From positions 184,121,450 to 184,163,073 of the forward strand of contig NC_068981.1 in assembly GCF_001194135.2 (NCBI RefSeq): DNA of 41,624 bases, given 5' to 3'. A program made the position numbers and the translations under genes. The DNA comes from Octopus bimaculoides. Taxonomy: Eukaryota. Below, piece after piece: positions 11,101-22,571 of the stretch. Positions within the stretch are counted from its first letter, which is position 1. Every line of letters begins with the position of its first letter. Below the pieces are notes generated by a model. That model was not told the origin of the DNA. It did no database searches and saw only the letters and a program-made list of their open reading frames with translations.

Positions 11101-11604
11101 CTAATTTTATAATAAGACATTATAAATAAAGCAACAATTGTTTCAGAAAAGAAACAACAACGTCACTTCCGCCGCCGCCGTCGACGTTGTCTAGTTACGT
11201 CCGTGTTCCATGGTGGCGTAAGTAGGTTATTCTGATACCTTGATATGGTGTTAGCCCTATTCTAATGAAGTAGATCAAAGGCATTCAAGCCATGCTCACC
11301 TCATCTTTTATTTCAGACAATATATCTACGACTATATTATCCAATTTGTTCTTTCATGTTATAAAATGGTAGGATGTGATGAGATTTGTCTGCTATTTCT
11401 AGCAAGCGGAGCGACTAAATAACAGTTCCTTTGTTGAGTTATCTTTGGGCTGTTGTTTCTATTGCTGTTTCTACATATTAAATATATCTACATTAACTTT
11501 CATTTTACAAAAGTAATGACGTTACACTTTCTTACGGTTGAAGATGCTAAATTGCTTTTCTATTTAATCTGGGTTCAGGGAAAAGTCATTCACATTTGTT
11601 CACT

Positions 11605-11973
11605 TGTTGTTGGCACTCCGTCGCTTACGACGTCGAAGGTTCAACGGAACAGCCTGCTCGTGAAATTAACGTGCAAGTGGCTGAGCACTCCACAGACACG
11701 TGTACCCTTAACGTAGTTCTCGGGGATATTCAGCGTGACACAGTGTGACAAGGCTGACCCCTTGAATTACAGGCACAGCAGAAACAGGAAGTAAGAGTGA
11801 GAGAAAGTTGTGGTGAAAGAGTGCAGCAGGGTTCACCACCATCCCCTGCCGGAGCCTCGTGGAGTTTTAGGTGTTTTCGCTCAATAAACACTCACAACGC
11901 CCGGTCTGGGAATCGAAACCGCGATCCTATGACCGCGAGTCCGCTGCCCTAACCACTGGGCCATTGCGCCTCC
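11605..11973 (-). mobile_element. Full-length young tRNA-derived SINE (family C head) with 14-bp TSD
   Basis: Head ggaggcgcaatggcccagtggttagggcagcggactc...ggtttcgattccc carries Pol III A and B boxes, and the tail is (caa)n. TSD cacatttgttcact lies at 11591-11604 and 11975-11988. Confidence 0.9.
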
Positions 11974-12524
11974 ACACATTTGTTCACTACCTCATATACA
12001 ATTCTCATTTGTAGACCCAAGAAACTGTGGTGTGCACAACAGCCACATCCCAATATACAGCTTGGGTAAGTGAAATAAACCTAATGAGAGTAGCTACTAG
12101 ACCTGAAACCCTTTATGTCTATTCCAGCATGTGAAGACAGGTAATAGACGAGAATAAGAGTGGATCCAGCAGTCAAGATGCTGGTTTTTATCAAGTGTCA
12201 TGGAATTTTAAGAGCAAGATGCGACACTCGAAGTTCCGGTCATCCATTGCATCAAGACCTACTTAGGCTGTCTTGGCCTATCTCGTCTTAGGTTCTAGGC
12301 AAGCCTGGATGAAAGAAACTCCCAACGTTGCGCAACTCTTCCTTAATCCAATTCACGACATGTAATCTTCATCCTGTAGATCAGCTCTTAACAGAGGTGG
12401 TAGCATTTCCTTTTGGTGCTGGGAGCATTGTAAGTTCACCGTGGAGCTCATATATGAAGGAAGTGGTATTGAGAGGCACTGAATGTTTAGAGGTGTAATG
12501 TTTTTTCTAAAACAATTAAACATT

Positions 12525-13135
12525 AGTTTCAAATTTTAGCACAAGGTCAGCAATTTTGAGATGGGTTTTAAGTCGGTTACTTCAACACCCATAATCAACA
12601 AGTACTTATCTTATTGACCTCGAAAGGATGAAAAGCGAAGTCAACCTCGGCGGAATTTGAACTCAGAACATAAAGATAGACAAAATGCCGATAAGCATTT
12701 TTCCAGCGTGCTAACGATTCTGCTGGTTCGCCATTAAAACCAGTCACAATGCTTATATCAAAAGATTAAAATATAAGACATTGATTTATCTATCAGAAAG
12801 CAGAAACATGACTGATGATGTATCAAGGTCAATAAAAAGAATTAAAAAATACCAATGAATTGGGGTCGATGTAGTCGACTTAATCCTCCCTCCTCAATAT
12901 TTGGTGGCCTTGTGCCAAAAAGATAACAAAAACTTGTAGACGTCCTCAAGGTGGTGAACTAGCAGAATCGTTAAAGCACCAGACAAAACGCGTTGCAGTA
13001 TTAGTTCCGTTTCTTTACATTGCGAGTTCAAATTCTGCCAACGTGAACTTTACCTTTCACCCCACAGGGGACTGATAAAATAAAGTACCAGTTTAGTACT
13101 GGGGTCGATAGTATTAGCCATCCTTCAAAATTTCT
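12525..13135. mobile_element. Cluster of family A SINEs (minus at 12525-12735; plus at about 12865-12925 and 12945-13135)
   Basis: Core motif seen in both orientations (ggcggaatttgaactcagaac and gagttcaaattctgcc). Confidence 0.75.
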
Positions 13136-13463
13136 AAATTAGAATCCATTCCTTAAGTCCTCATCATTAGTAGTTTCTATACAAATTTAACAAAGGAGGT
13201 ACCAGATCATGCCTCATCGTTATTATCATCGTTTTACCATCCACTTCTCCCTGCTATCGTGCGTGTTTCTGTCTCTGTATGTATTCTAAATTAAGTGTCG
13301 AAGAATACATTTAAATTTATATGTGCGTATGTCCGTGGGAATGTGTACTTTTAGTTGACAGAAGGAAACAGAGGCGCGTGCAACGCATTATGTTTGTGTA
13401 CATGCGCGCGCGCTTTGGGGAAGTACTTTTAAATGATTGAATAGACACAGGCTCGCGTGTGTG

Positions 13464-13496
<33 letters not shown>

Positions 13497-13926
13497 TTTG
13501 CGTTGATAGACTCATTTTAGTTGCCGAGAAAACAAAGGACACCAGCCTACGTCGCATTTCATTGTATAAGGATCAGCGTGTGTCTGTATGTATGTGTACG
13601 TCTGTGTGTATGTGAGGGCATTTCTCTCTTTGTTAACTTGATAACACGGAGACCAAGCAGAGAAGGGGGCTACTAGCTTTAGAAAGATAATTTACAGTTA
13701 ATTTTGTTCAAACAACCCCTCCTCACTATTGCATTCATTAACTATGCCCCTTGCTTTTCTACTCTATCATACTTAATTTGCTGCTGGGGTAGGGAAGGCA
13801 ATACTGACCGTTGTAACAACACGATGAATGGAAACGACGTTCTGTTGTCTTTTATAAATGGTTCAATGGAATTTTTATATTATTTTTGTAATAAAAGGGG
13901 GCATATATATATGTTTGTTTGTGTGT

Positions 13927-14076
13927 GAGGCACGGGCAACCCTTTCCGAGGAGCGGACCACATGAGACATGGATCATCATTAGGCGGGTCGCACTAAAAA
14001 AAAAAAAAAAAAAAATCAAGGTAATTTTTCATTAGGCGTACCATGCAGGAAGTCCCATGGGCCGCAGTTGCCCCTG
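13927..14076. mobile_element. Short hAT-like MITE remnant
   Basis: Degenerate termini gaggcacgggcaacc and ggccgcagttgcccctg. No TSD is retained. Confidence 0.4.
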
Positions 14077-14099
14077 ACTAATAGATAGTCTCTTGATAA

Positions 14100-14295
14100 A
14101 ATGTATACTCTTTTCTACTCTAGGCACAAGGCCCGAAATTTTTTTTGGGGGGGGGTCGATTAGTTCGATCCTAGTACGCAACTGGTACTTAAAGTCGATC
14201 TCGGCGGAATTTGAACTCAGAACGTAAAGACAGACGAAATGCTGCTAAGCATTTCGCTCGGCGTACTAACGTTTCTGCCTGCTCGCCGCCTTGAA
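14100..14295 (-). mobile_element. SINE family A
   Basis: aaagtcgatctcggcggaatttgaactcagaacgtaaagac...ctgcctgctcgccgcc. Confidence 0.8.
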
Positions 14296-14304
14296 AAAAG
14301 ATAT

Positions 14305-14440
14305 ATATACATATACAAATACATATACATATATACACACATACATATATACATATACATAAATATATACATATATACACATATACATATACATACATAT
14401 ATACACATATATACATATACATACATACACACACACACGC
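14305..14440. repeat. (TA/CA) degenerate microsatellite
   Basis: Read directly from the sequence; it produces the MCVCMY-type pseudo-ORFs. Confidence 0.9.
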
Positions 14441-14764
14441 GCGCGTCGTTTCTTTGTCCCCATTGCTTGATAACTAGTATTTGTTTACGTTCTTGTAATT
14501 TAGCGTGCGAAGAGGGTTGGTTAAAGGTATGGGCACACTTTACGATCGTAAGTTGAGTATCATAACTAAGTCACATGCCTTCACGAAACAGGTGAAAGAA
14601 TAAAAGGAAAGAATAATTTTCCGAAAAGTTAAATGATAAACGATATAGTTCCAACTGGAAATTGAAAATGGGTAGCAAGCTGTCTAATGGTAACTTAATT
14701 CTGTACCATAGTCATCGTAGTTTGAAAATATGACATTCTTCTGACGAATGAATATACACAACTG

Positions 14765-14995
14765 AAGGCGGCGAGGTCAATAAAGAAATAAGAAAGTTTG
14801 CTGTCTGGGCGAAATGCTTAACGGTATTTTGTTTGTCTTTACGTTCTGAGTTCAAATTCAGCCGAGGTCGACTTTGCCTTTCATCTTTTCGTAGTCGATA
14901 AAATAAGTACCAGTTGCGTACTGGGGTCGTTCTAATCGACTGTCCCCCTCCCCTAAAATTTCGGGCATTGTGCCTAGAGTAGAAAAGAAATATAC
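14765..14995 (+). mobile_element. SINE family A
   Basis: Core motif plus tail cgggcattgtgcctagagtagaaaag. Confidence 0.75.
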
Positions 14996-15059
14996 ACAAC
15001 CTGCAATTGAAGGAAGGTGTAAGCTTAGTGGTCATGCCTTTCTGAGGAACAAACAGTTC

Positions 15060-16195
15060 TTTTTAATTTTGACATAAGGCCACCAATTTTGGGGAGAGGA
15101 GGCAAGTCGATCGATTACATTCACCCTAATACAGGACTGGGATCTTTTTTAAAACGGAGGCCACATTTTTCATTAATGNNNNNNNNNNNNNNNNNNNNNN
15201 NNNNNNNNNNNNNNNNNNNNNNNNNNNNNNNNNNNNNNNNNNNNNNNNNNNNNNNNNNNNNNNNNNNNNNNNNNNNNNNNNNNNNNNNNNNNNNNNNNNN
15301 NNNNNNNNNNNNNNNNNNNNNNNNNNNNNNNNNNNNNNNNNNNNNNNNNNNNNNNNNNNNNNNNNNNNNNNNNNNNNNNNNNNNNNNNNNNNNNNNNNNN
15401 NNNNNNNNNNNNNNNNNNNNNNNNNNNNNNNNNNNNNNNNNNNNNNNNNNNNNNNNNNNNNNNNNNNNNNNNNNNNNNNNNNNNNNNNNNNNNNNNNNNN
15501 NNNNNNNNNNNNNNNNNNNNNNNNNNNNNNNNNNNNNNNNNNNNNNNNNNNNNNNNNNNNNNNNNNNNNNNNNNNNNNNNNNNNNNNNNNNNNNNNNNNN
15601 NNNNNNNNNNNNNNNNNNNNNNNNNNNNNNNNNNNNNNNNNNNNNNNNNNNNNNNNNNNNNNNNNNNNNNNNNNNNNNNNNNNNNNNNNNNNNNNNNNNN
15701 NNNNNNNNNNNNNNNNNNNNNNNNNNNNNNNNNNNNNNNNNNNNNNNNNAACCCTAACCCTAAGGTTAGGGTTAGGGTTAATTGTTTCAGAATCGTTTGT
15801 TTATGTAGTCGGCACTTAATGTATATCGGCTGAATGGACGTCAGTGATTGGTTGAAATTACAGAAATACGACAACTTTAACATGGAATAATTTATGGATT
15901 TCTTTTTTTTTTAAGAAGACGAAGAGAAAAAGATGTTTTATATGACACATTCTACCAGTGTTCCAAGTTTCAAAGTGTTTCGTTAATGAAAAATGTGGCC
16001 CCCGTTTTAAAAAAGATCCCTGGACGGGAGCTTTATTTTGTCAACTGGACTGGTGCTTTATTTTGTCAACCCGAAAAGATGAAAGGCAAAGTCGACTTCC
16101 GCGAAATTTGAACTGAGAACGTGTAGAATCGGAAGAAATGCCACTAAACATTTTGTCCGGGATGCCAACGATTCAGCCAGTTCGCTGCACTTTGT
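15060..16195 (-). mobile_element. SINE family A split by foldback copy 1
   Basis: The 3' part lies at 15060-15139 and the 5' part at 16020-16195, and the two are colinear. Confidence 0.65.
15140..16019. mobile_element. Foldback/MITE element with central (CCCTAA)n-(TTAGGG)n core, copy 1
   Basis: About 39-bp TIRs ggatcttttttaaaacggaggccacatttttcattaatg and cgttaatgaaaaatgtggcccccgttttaaaaaagatcc. Flanked by ctg on both sides. Inserted in a family-A SINE. Confidence 0.7.
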
Positions 16196-16424
16196 TGAAG
16201 AATAGCGACTAATGTGAGTCGAAGCAGAAAATTGAATCTTGACTGGGAACCTGGGAAATTGTGTTGTGATGTTGATAACTTTACGAAAGTCTGCGTGAAT
16301 AATGAAATCGTTTCGACTGGTAACTGGAACCAGATAAACTGTTCATCAAAATTCTTAATAGTGTTCGTTGATCTTAAAAACACGACATTCTTCTGACGAG
16401 CAGACACAAGCTGAAAGACCTGAC

Positions 16425-17535
16425 GGTGGACATTGGAATTTAGACACTGAGGGAAAATGGCTGTAACTTTTTTATTTTTTAATTTTGCCGATTTTCGTTT
16501 TCGATAATGTATTCTATATGTCACGGTCATGCGATTCCCCCTAAAAATTTTTGGACCAAATCCCCTCCCCTCNNNNNNNNNNNNNNNNNNNNNNNNNNNN
16601 NNNNNNNNNNNNNNNNNNNNNNNNNNNNNNNNNNNNNNNNNNNNNNNNNNNNNNNNNNNNNNNNNNNNNNNNNNNNNNNNNNNNNNNNNNNNNNNNNNNN
16701 NNNNNNNNNNNNNNNNNNNNNNNNNNNNNNNNNNNNNNNNNNNNNNNNNNNNNNNNNNNNNNNNNNNNNNNNNNNNNNNNNNNNNNNNNNNNNNNNNNNN
16801 NNNNNNNNNNNNNNNNNNNNNNNNNNNNNNNNNNNNNNNNNNNNNNNNNNNNNNNNNNNNNNNNNNNNNNNNNNNNNNNNNNNNNNNNNNNNNNNNNNNN
16901 NNNNNNNNNNNNNNNNNNNNNNNNNNNNNNNNNNNNNNNNNNNNNNNNNNNNNNNNNNNNNNNNNNNNNNNNNNNNNNNNNNNNNNNNNNNNNNNNNNNN
17001 NNNNNNNNNNNNNNNNNNNNNNNNNNNNNNNNNNNNNNNNNNNNNNNNNNNNNNNNNNNNNNNNNNNNNNNNNNNNNNNNNNNNNNNNNNNNNNNNNNNN
17101 NNNNNNNNNNNNNNNNNNNNNNNNNNNNNNNNNNNNNNNNNNNNNNNNNNNNNNNNNNNNNNNNNNNNNNNNNNNNNNNGCCTGCTTGGTGAGGGGGGGG
17201 GGGAATTGAAATTTTTCAAACAATTTTTTTTCAGAATCGGAATCTCCATAGCCTAAAACGTGGGATTCCGTAAAAAACAATAAATAAATAAGGGGGGGGA
17301 AGGTTCAGATTACATATAGTCCATCTGGACCAATGCAAGATTTGGATTGTCCGCGTTTGGCTGTTATTTCTAGCATATCAAGTGTGGGGTGGGGGTGGGG
17401 GGTTTCAAAAAATTTTTTAGGGGGAATCGCATGACCGTGACATATAGAACACATTATCGAAAACGAAAATCGCCAAAATTAAAAAATTAAAAAGTTACAG
17501 CCATTTTCCCTCAGTGTCTAATTCCAATGTCCACC
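16425..17535. mobile_element. Non-autonomous long-TIR DNA transposon, Merlin-like (GG...CC termini, 8-bp TSD)
   Basis: About 125-bp near-perfect TIRs (ggtggacattggaatt.agacactgaggg... and ...ccctcagtgtctaattccaatgtccacc). Direct repeat gacctgac lies at 16417-16424 and 17536-17543. The centre is an N-gap. Confidence 0.75.
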
Positions 17536-17639
17536 GACCTGACAATATCTTCTTCACTATTTAAGTTTCTTTATTAACATTTTTCTCTTTGTTCTGAACC
17601 TTTTTGCACTTTCCGTTTGCAATTTTTATCTCCATACCG

Positions 17640-17895
17640 TTTCACTGCCCCACCACCATCACTACAACAACTATATCCACCGCCGTTAGTGTCTCCACCG
17701 CCACAACTATCTCCACCATCATCACCCTCATTACAACTATTCTTACCACCATCCATTCCACCACATCTTTAACCACCATCACAACCTCGATCACCACTAT
17801 CATCCCCTCTATCACAAGTATCTACAACAACACCTCCACCATAGCTATTTACACCACCACTACCAAACAAACTCCATCACCACCACCACCACCAT
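17640..17895. repeat. Degenerate (ACC/ATC)n low-complexity tract
   Basis: Read directly from the sequence; it gives the poly-T/I pseudo-ORF 17604-18035. Confidence 0.85.
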
Positions 17896-18358
17896 ACATC
17901 TGCTCCCAATCCAATACAAACTTCTTTTACCTCCTCCTTCACATTTTCCGTCACATACACATTTATTTTTTAAAAACATTTCGTTTCTTTTTTTCCCCTT
18001 GTTTTTTTTCTCCTTTGTCTACCCAGCAATTATAGAAACCCAACACCACGCGAGGCCTGTTTGGATAAGGTTAATCAGTCACATATGTACGCGCGCGCGT
18101 GTGTATATATATGTACATGTGTGCGTGTATGTGTGTTTAGTGTGTATGTACATGTCCGCGCGTATGCGTTTGAATTAATAAGTGGGAAGTACTCAATACA
18201 GATGTAGAGTGTAATTATTTATTTATAGTATTATTCTCGCGACCAATGAAGATTCGCAAAACTCGAATTAGTACGGCGATATTTTGTGTTTTGTTTGAGT
18301 ATGAGAGAGAGATAGACAGAGTTGCATATATTTTCCATATTTATTCAATAATTAGCTA

Positions 18359-18399
<41 letters not shown>

Positions 18400-18989
18400 A
18401 CAAATATATTTTTAATAAATGTAAACTGATGTTTCTCGATCTATTATCATTCGGTAAAAGCGAAGAAGGTAGGGAGAAAAGAAAAAGAATGAAGGAGATA
18501 CACGTCTTAACGAAGTTTGACAGTTTGACAAATAAAAGTAATGAAACTTGTCCGAACCCTACACTCCTGGTTCTACACACACACACACACACACATATCA
18601 GATAATCACAAATATATAGATACTGGAGATTACAGCATGTAAGAGAACCACCAAGCTTCTCGGTTCAAAACTCCATTAACTGGTCGCCTTATCAGTTCAA
18701 CTAGAAATTTTTCGATTGAGATAGTCTTAACAGAGTGAGGAGGTCAGCAGAAAAGGAAAGAATTCAGTCTTTTCAATTAAAAAGGTTTCCATTCAACAGT
18801 CAAGTCGAGGGATCAGTACAAAAGAATTTCGTACCAAGAGAAGGAACTTTCAATGAACTCCTTTTTATACTCATATAACTGGGTGATATTTCTGATGAAT
18901 AATTGCCAGAAAATACGCTTATTGTCTGTAAAGCTTTCGTTTATAACTGGATTACTTGTAAGGGATCCTGGTTTATTATTCCTTTCACT

Positions 18990-19335
18990 AAAGGCGGCGA
19001 ACTGACAGAATCATTAGTGCGTCGGACAAAATGCTAAATGGCATTCCTTTCAAGCTCTTTACGTTCAGAGTTCAAATTCCACCGAGATCTACTTTGTCTT
19101 TCATCCTTTCGGGGTCGATAAAATAAGTGCCAGTTGAGCACTGGGATCGATAATCGACAAGCCCCTCTCCTCCAAAATTTCAAGTTTTTTGCCTATAGTA
19201 GGAAGAATTGTTTCACTAAAGACGGCAACCTTGCAGAACCATTGGCGCGTCGGACAAACTGCTTAGCAGCATTTCTTTTGGCTTTTTACGTTCAAATTCC
19301 ACTGAGGTCAACCTTGTTCTTCATCCTTTGTCTCG
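18990..19335 (+). mobile_element. Two tandem family A SINEs
   Basis: Two heads, at about 18990 and 19218. Confidence 0.75.
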
Positions 19336-19511
19336 CCAGATTAGAAATTTCACTTGTTAATGATCATTGCATCTGATAATCAGCAAGTCACTACTCGTTT
19401 ACTTGGTGGCCTGATGAGTTGGGAGTTATGTAACATCCTACGCAATCTAATTGTATCATAATTATGCTAATGAAACAATTGTGTGTGTGTAATTATAATA
19501 TATATTATAGG

Positions 19512-19865
19512 CTCAGGCGTGGATGTATGGTTAAGAAGCTCAGTCTACTACTAAGAAGTACCCCTGAGTAAGTACCTTATATTATAGACTCGAACTGACC
19601 AAACCCTTATGAGTAGATTTGATAGGCGGAAACTGAAAGAAGCCTGTCGCGCACGTGCGTGTATGTATATGTGTGGTGGGTGTCTGTGCTGGCGTTTGTG
19701 TCGCCATCGGCTGCTTGACATCCCCTAACTTAGCGATTCGGCAAGAGACCGAGAAAATAAGTACCAGTCATAAAACTAAGTATTGGGGATCAATCTGTAC
19801 GGCTAAACCCTTCAAGGTGGTGCCTCAGCATGACCGCCGTCTAAAGACTGAAACAAAAGATAAGA
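19512..19865 (+). mobile_element. SINE family B (degenerate)
   Basis: caggcgtggatgtatggttaagaagct...ggaaactgaaagaagcc...aaggtggtgcctcagcatgaccgc...gactgaaacaa. Confidence 0.75.
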
Positions 19866-20129
19866 CACTTCCTCCGCCCATGGCACACATTTTAATTTGT
19901 TTTAATCGAAGGACAAAATAGTGGGACGAAATAGTTAATTGGAGATTTCTTCTTTGATGTTGTTTAGTTTGTTTGGGTTTTTCTTTTAGATTTTTCCTAC
20001 CATAGGAGATTTTTGTTCACTAATTGCCTAAATAGTCTCAGTTAGAGTTTTTCCACTCACTGTATTGGATATGTAAGGCTTATTTACTTTAAAATCATGG
20101 TAACACCTTTTAAAAGAAGTTTGGAGGAG

Positions 20130-20270
20130 AGATTGGCATATACGCAATCATTGGTTGATAACACCAGCCAATAGAAGTAAAGGAAAATTAGCTTGTCTGT
20201 TTCTGTGATTTAATTTTTTAAAAACCAAAACCACTCAGACGTCACAAAAGGCAGGCGCCAAACGGAAAGC
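20130..20270. promoter_or_regulatory. Candidate cis-regulatory cluster: three CCAAT boxes, a CRE-like motif and an E2F-like motif
   Basis: ATTGG at 20132 and 20150, CCAAT at 20168, GACGTCA at 20238 and GGCGCCAAA at 20254. Motif evidence only. Confidence 0.25.
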
Positions 20271-21453
20271 TCATGTTAAAAAGCTTGTTATGGGTCATTT
20301 ATTTCTGTTTGCTGGAGGAGATGTGGGATAGCAACACTTGAATTTGAGTGATGAAGTGGCGGTACATCCAAGAGAGAATGAAAACACAATTTTGTCGAAC
20401 AGATTTCCCAAAAATTTACAATGTAAATATAACATGATCAATGCATTTTTTAATGATAATCTTTATAATTTTATTAAATTAAAGAAAGCGAAGAATTTGA
20501 AATGCACCAAGATAAAGTCATTTGAGTGTGTCACTATTAGGTCGATCGACCTACAAGATATAGCAGGAATATTTCCCTCGGATCATACATTAATACTCTC
20601 AAACTTGTGTCTAATTTTACCTTCCACCTTCTCCTGAGCAAAACAAATAAATAGCTGCATATATAGCTCCTCAAGCAGGCAAACTAAGGCAGAATCGGTT
20701 GCATCTCCTTTTATCTACGTGTTGTTCAATCAACGTTTTACAGGGAATCCGGCAGAGGTGACGTTTAACCCTACTCCCGCTATAGCGGGAATACGGCGTG
20801 ATATGGTAAACGTTTTATATGTTCATAGCCAGAACTCCTCTTATAGGAAAAATCTATGGGATAATAAACATCAAATCAAGGTGAATATATTTGAGTAATG
20901 AAGTTCTACCAATGTTGATGATTATATTGCATAACCAATATCATTAGCCCACTATTCTTGGGAGGGTCGGGATAGAATCCTCAGGCAACATCTCCATCAG
21001 CTCCTATCAGAAGCAACCGTCATTTAGCTTTCTGTATGGCTAATGCCATAACTACATTATTATGTGACGAAGACTCGTAATGGAATAATACAAGTTCTTG
21101 TAGATCCGTGAGGTAAAGTCATGTTATCCTCCTCAGAAAATTCTGAAAGCCAATAGATAGATATGTTCATGGCATAAGTCATGGTTCACCCGAAACAGCT
21201 GTCAAGAATATTACATAATTTCTTTTGTATTCCATATAAATATAGCCATCAAACCTACTTTTGTGCATCTGCCTTTCATTTCCATACCTGCAAGTATTGT
21301 GTAGTTTACTCTATTTCGTACTTTTGGCAGTTTAATGCATAGAAATAAACAATAAATAACAGATGATGGTTGATGTTAATAGAAATTATGTACCTCAGAA
21401 CAGACAATAGAAGAAATAGTACATTATATTATTTACTTAAACCCCCATCGTTG

Positions 21454-21525
21454 AGTAGAGTGGCGCAGTTGAAGTATGCTGGACTCAGAACCCAGAGGTC
21501 TATGGACTGAAACAATGCTCTGCGA
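21454..21525 (+). pseudogene. Decayed initiator tRNA-Met copy (anticodon position reads CAG, not CAT)
   Basis: AGTAGAGTGGCGCAGTTGAAGTATGCTGGACTCAGAACCCAGAGGTCTATGGACTGAAACAATGCTCTGCGA is 72 nt and colinear with the conserved metazoan tRNAi-Met (AGCAGAGTGGCGCAGCGGAAG...GATCGAAACCATCCTCTGCTA). A manual comparison gives about 14 differences, several at CpG sites and in stems. Confidence 0.8.
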
Positions 21526-22444
21526 AGAAATAGGTACTATTTTCGATATTTTATATTGCATCAGAGTTGTCTACAAATATACCAACCATACACACACACA
21601 TACCTACAGAGATAAGTAAAAAGTCTCTTATGCTATAGAAATTTATACAGCGTCAGGTCACCAACTGTGACAGGGTACATCGAAACCCAAATAACTTAAT
21701 GAACAGAGACAACAGGATTTTTCGCTTTTTGTATAAACATAATAATACATAATATTAAAATGTTTTAGTTTACAGTTTAACATTCAAAACAATCTATTAG
21801 TATTTACTAGAAATTTAGATAACGTAAAGTCATTAGCAGGTTACAACTTTGTTATCTTTTGACTTTTGACAGAAAACGGCGGAAGTGACCTAGTTTCCTT
21901 ATATAATAAATTATAGTATAAAGAGAATAGATAAAGAGACATACAGTTATCTTCAATGTCAGCAGCAGATAAACTTCAGACCATCTTAAAGATTTTCTCT
22001 ACTATTCCCATTCTCTTTTTATCTCTCTCTCTCTTTCTCCATAGGTTCACAATAAAAATATGGAAGGCATTTCTCTTTTCAATATTGTAGAGCAGAGGGC
22101 TAAATTTTCGAAATATCCAATTTCCAGTACCTTGTTTGCTGCTATGAAAAGCCCCTTTTGTTCTCTCTCTTTCAAAAACTCGAGTTTCGAAGGTGCACAG
22201 ATCACTGAGTTTTAAGGTGAATAGTGAAGGATTTAGTCTATATATTTTTTTATTATGTGAAACATAGGCTGAAGTGAAATTTACTAGTACGCCCACCGCC
22301 ACCACCACATCATCATCATCATTTAAATTAACATCTATCTTTTCCCATGTTTATATAACTTTAATGAATCTGTATTACAGCTTTCCTTTGTAAAACCCAA
22401 AATTTTCGACTCGAAAATGGAAACAACGCACAGTAAGTCCATCA

Positions 22445-22571
22445 ACCAGGCGTGGCTGTGATGTTTGCATGCCAACTGCATGGCTCTGGATTCAGTGCCA
22501 CTGTGTAGTAATTCAAACAAGTGTATTCTAGTTATAGTCCCAGCTTTGTGAGTGGGTTTAGTACACGGAAA
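22445..22571 (+). mobile_element. SINE family B head, cut by foldback element copy 2; a matching tail lies at about 23490-23605
   Basis: caggcgtggctgtgatg...gtgagtgggtttagtacacggaaa ends exactly at the foldback TIR. Confidence 0.6.

Noticed and set aside
12120-12500. Possible very old RTE-like LINE fragment on the minus strand (…RRDRPR…AMDDR…)
   Set aside because: Too degenerate to support without an alignment.
14189-14556. Cys/Tyr/Val/His-rich ORFs here and at 2042, 17604, 18359, 30247, 39629 and 40611
   Set aside because: They are translations of (CA), (TA) and (ACC) microsatellites.
21870-21930. cggaagtgac ETS-like motif (also at about 11161) as a promoter
   Set aside because: It sits next to an AT-rich end resembling a Helitron-like 5' terminus and is more likely repeat-derived; there is no other support.
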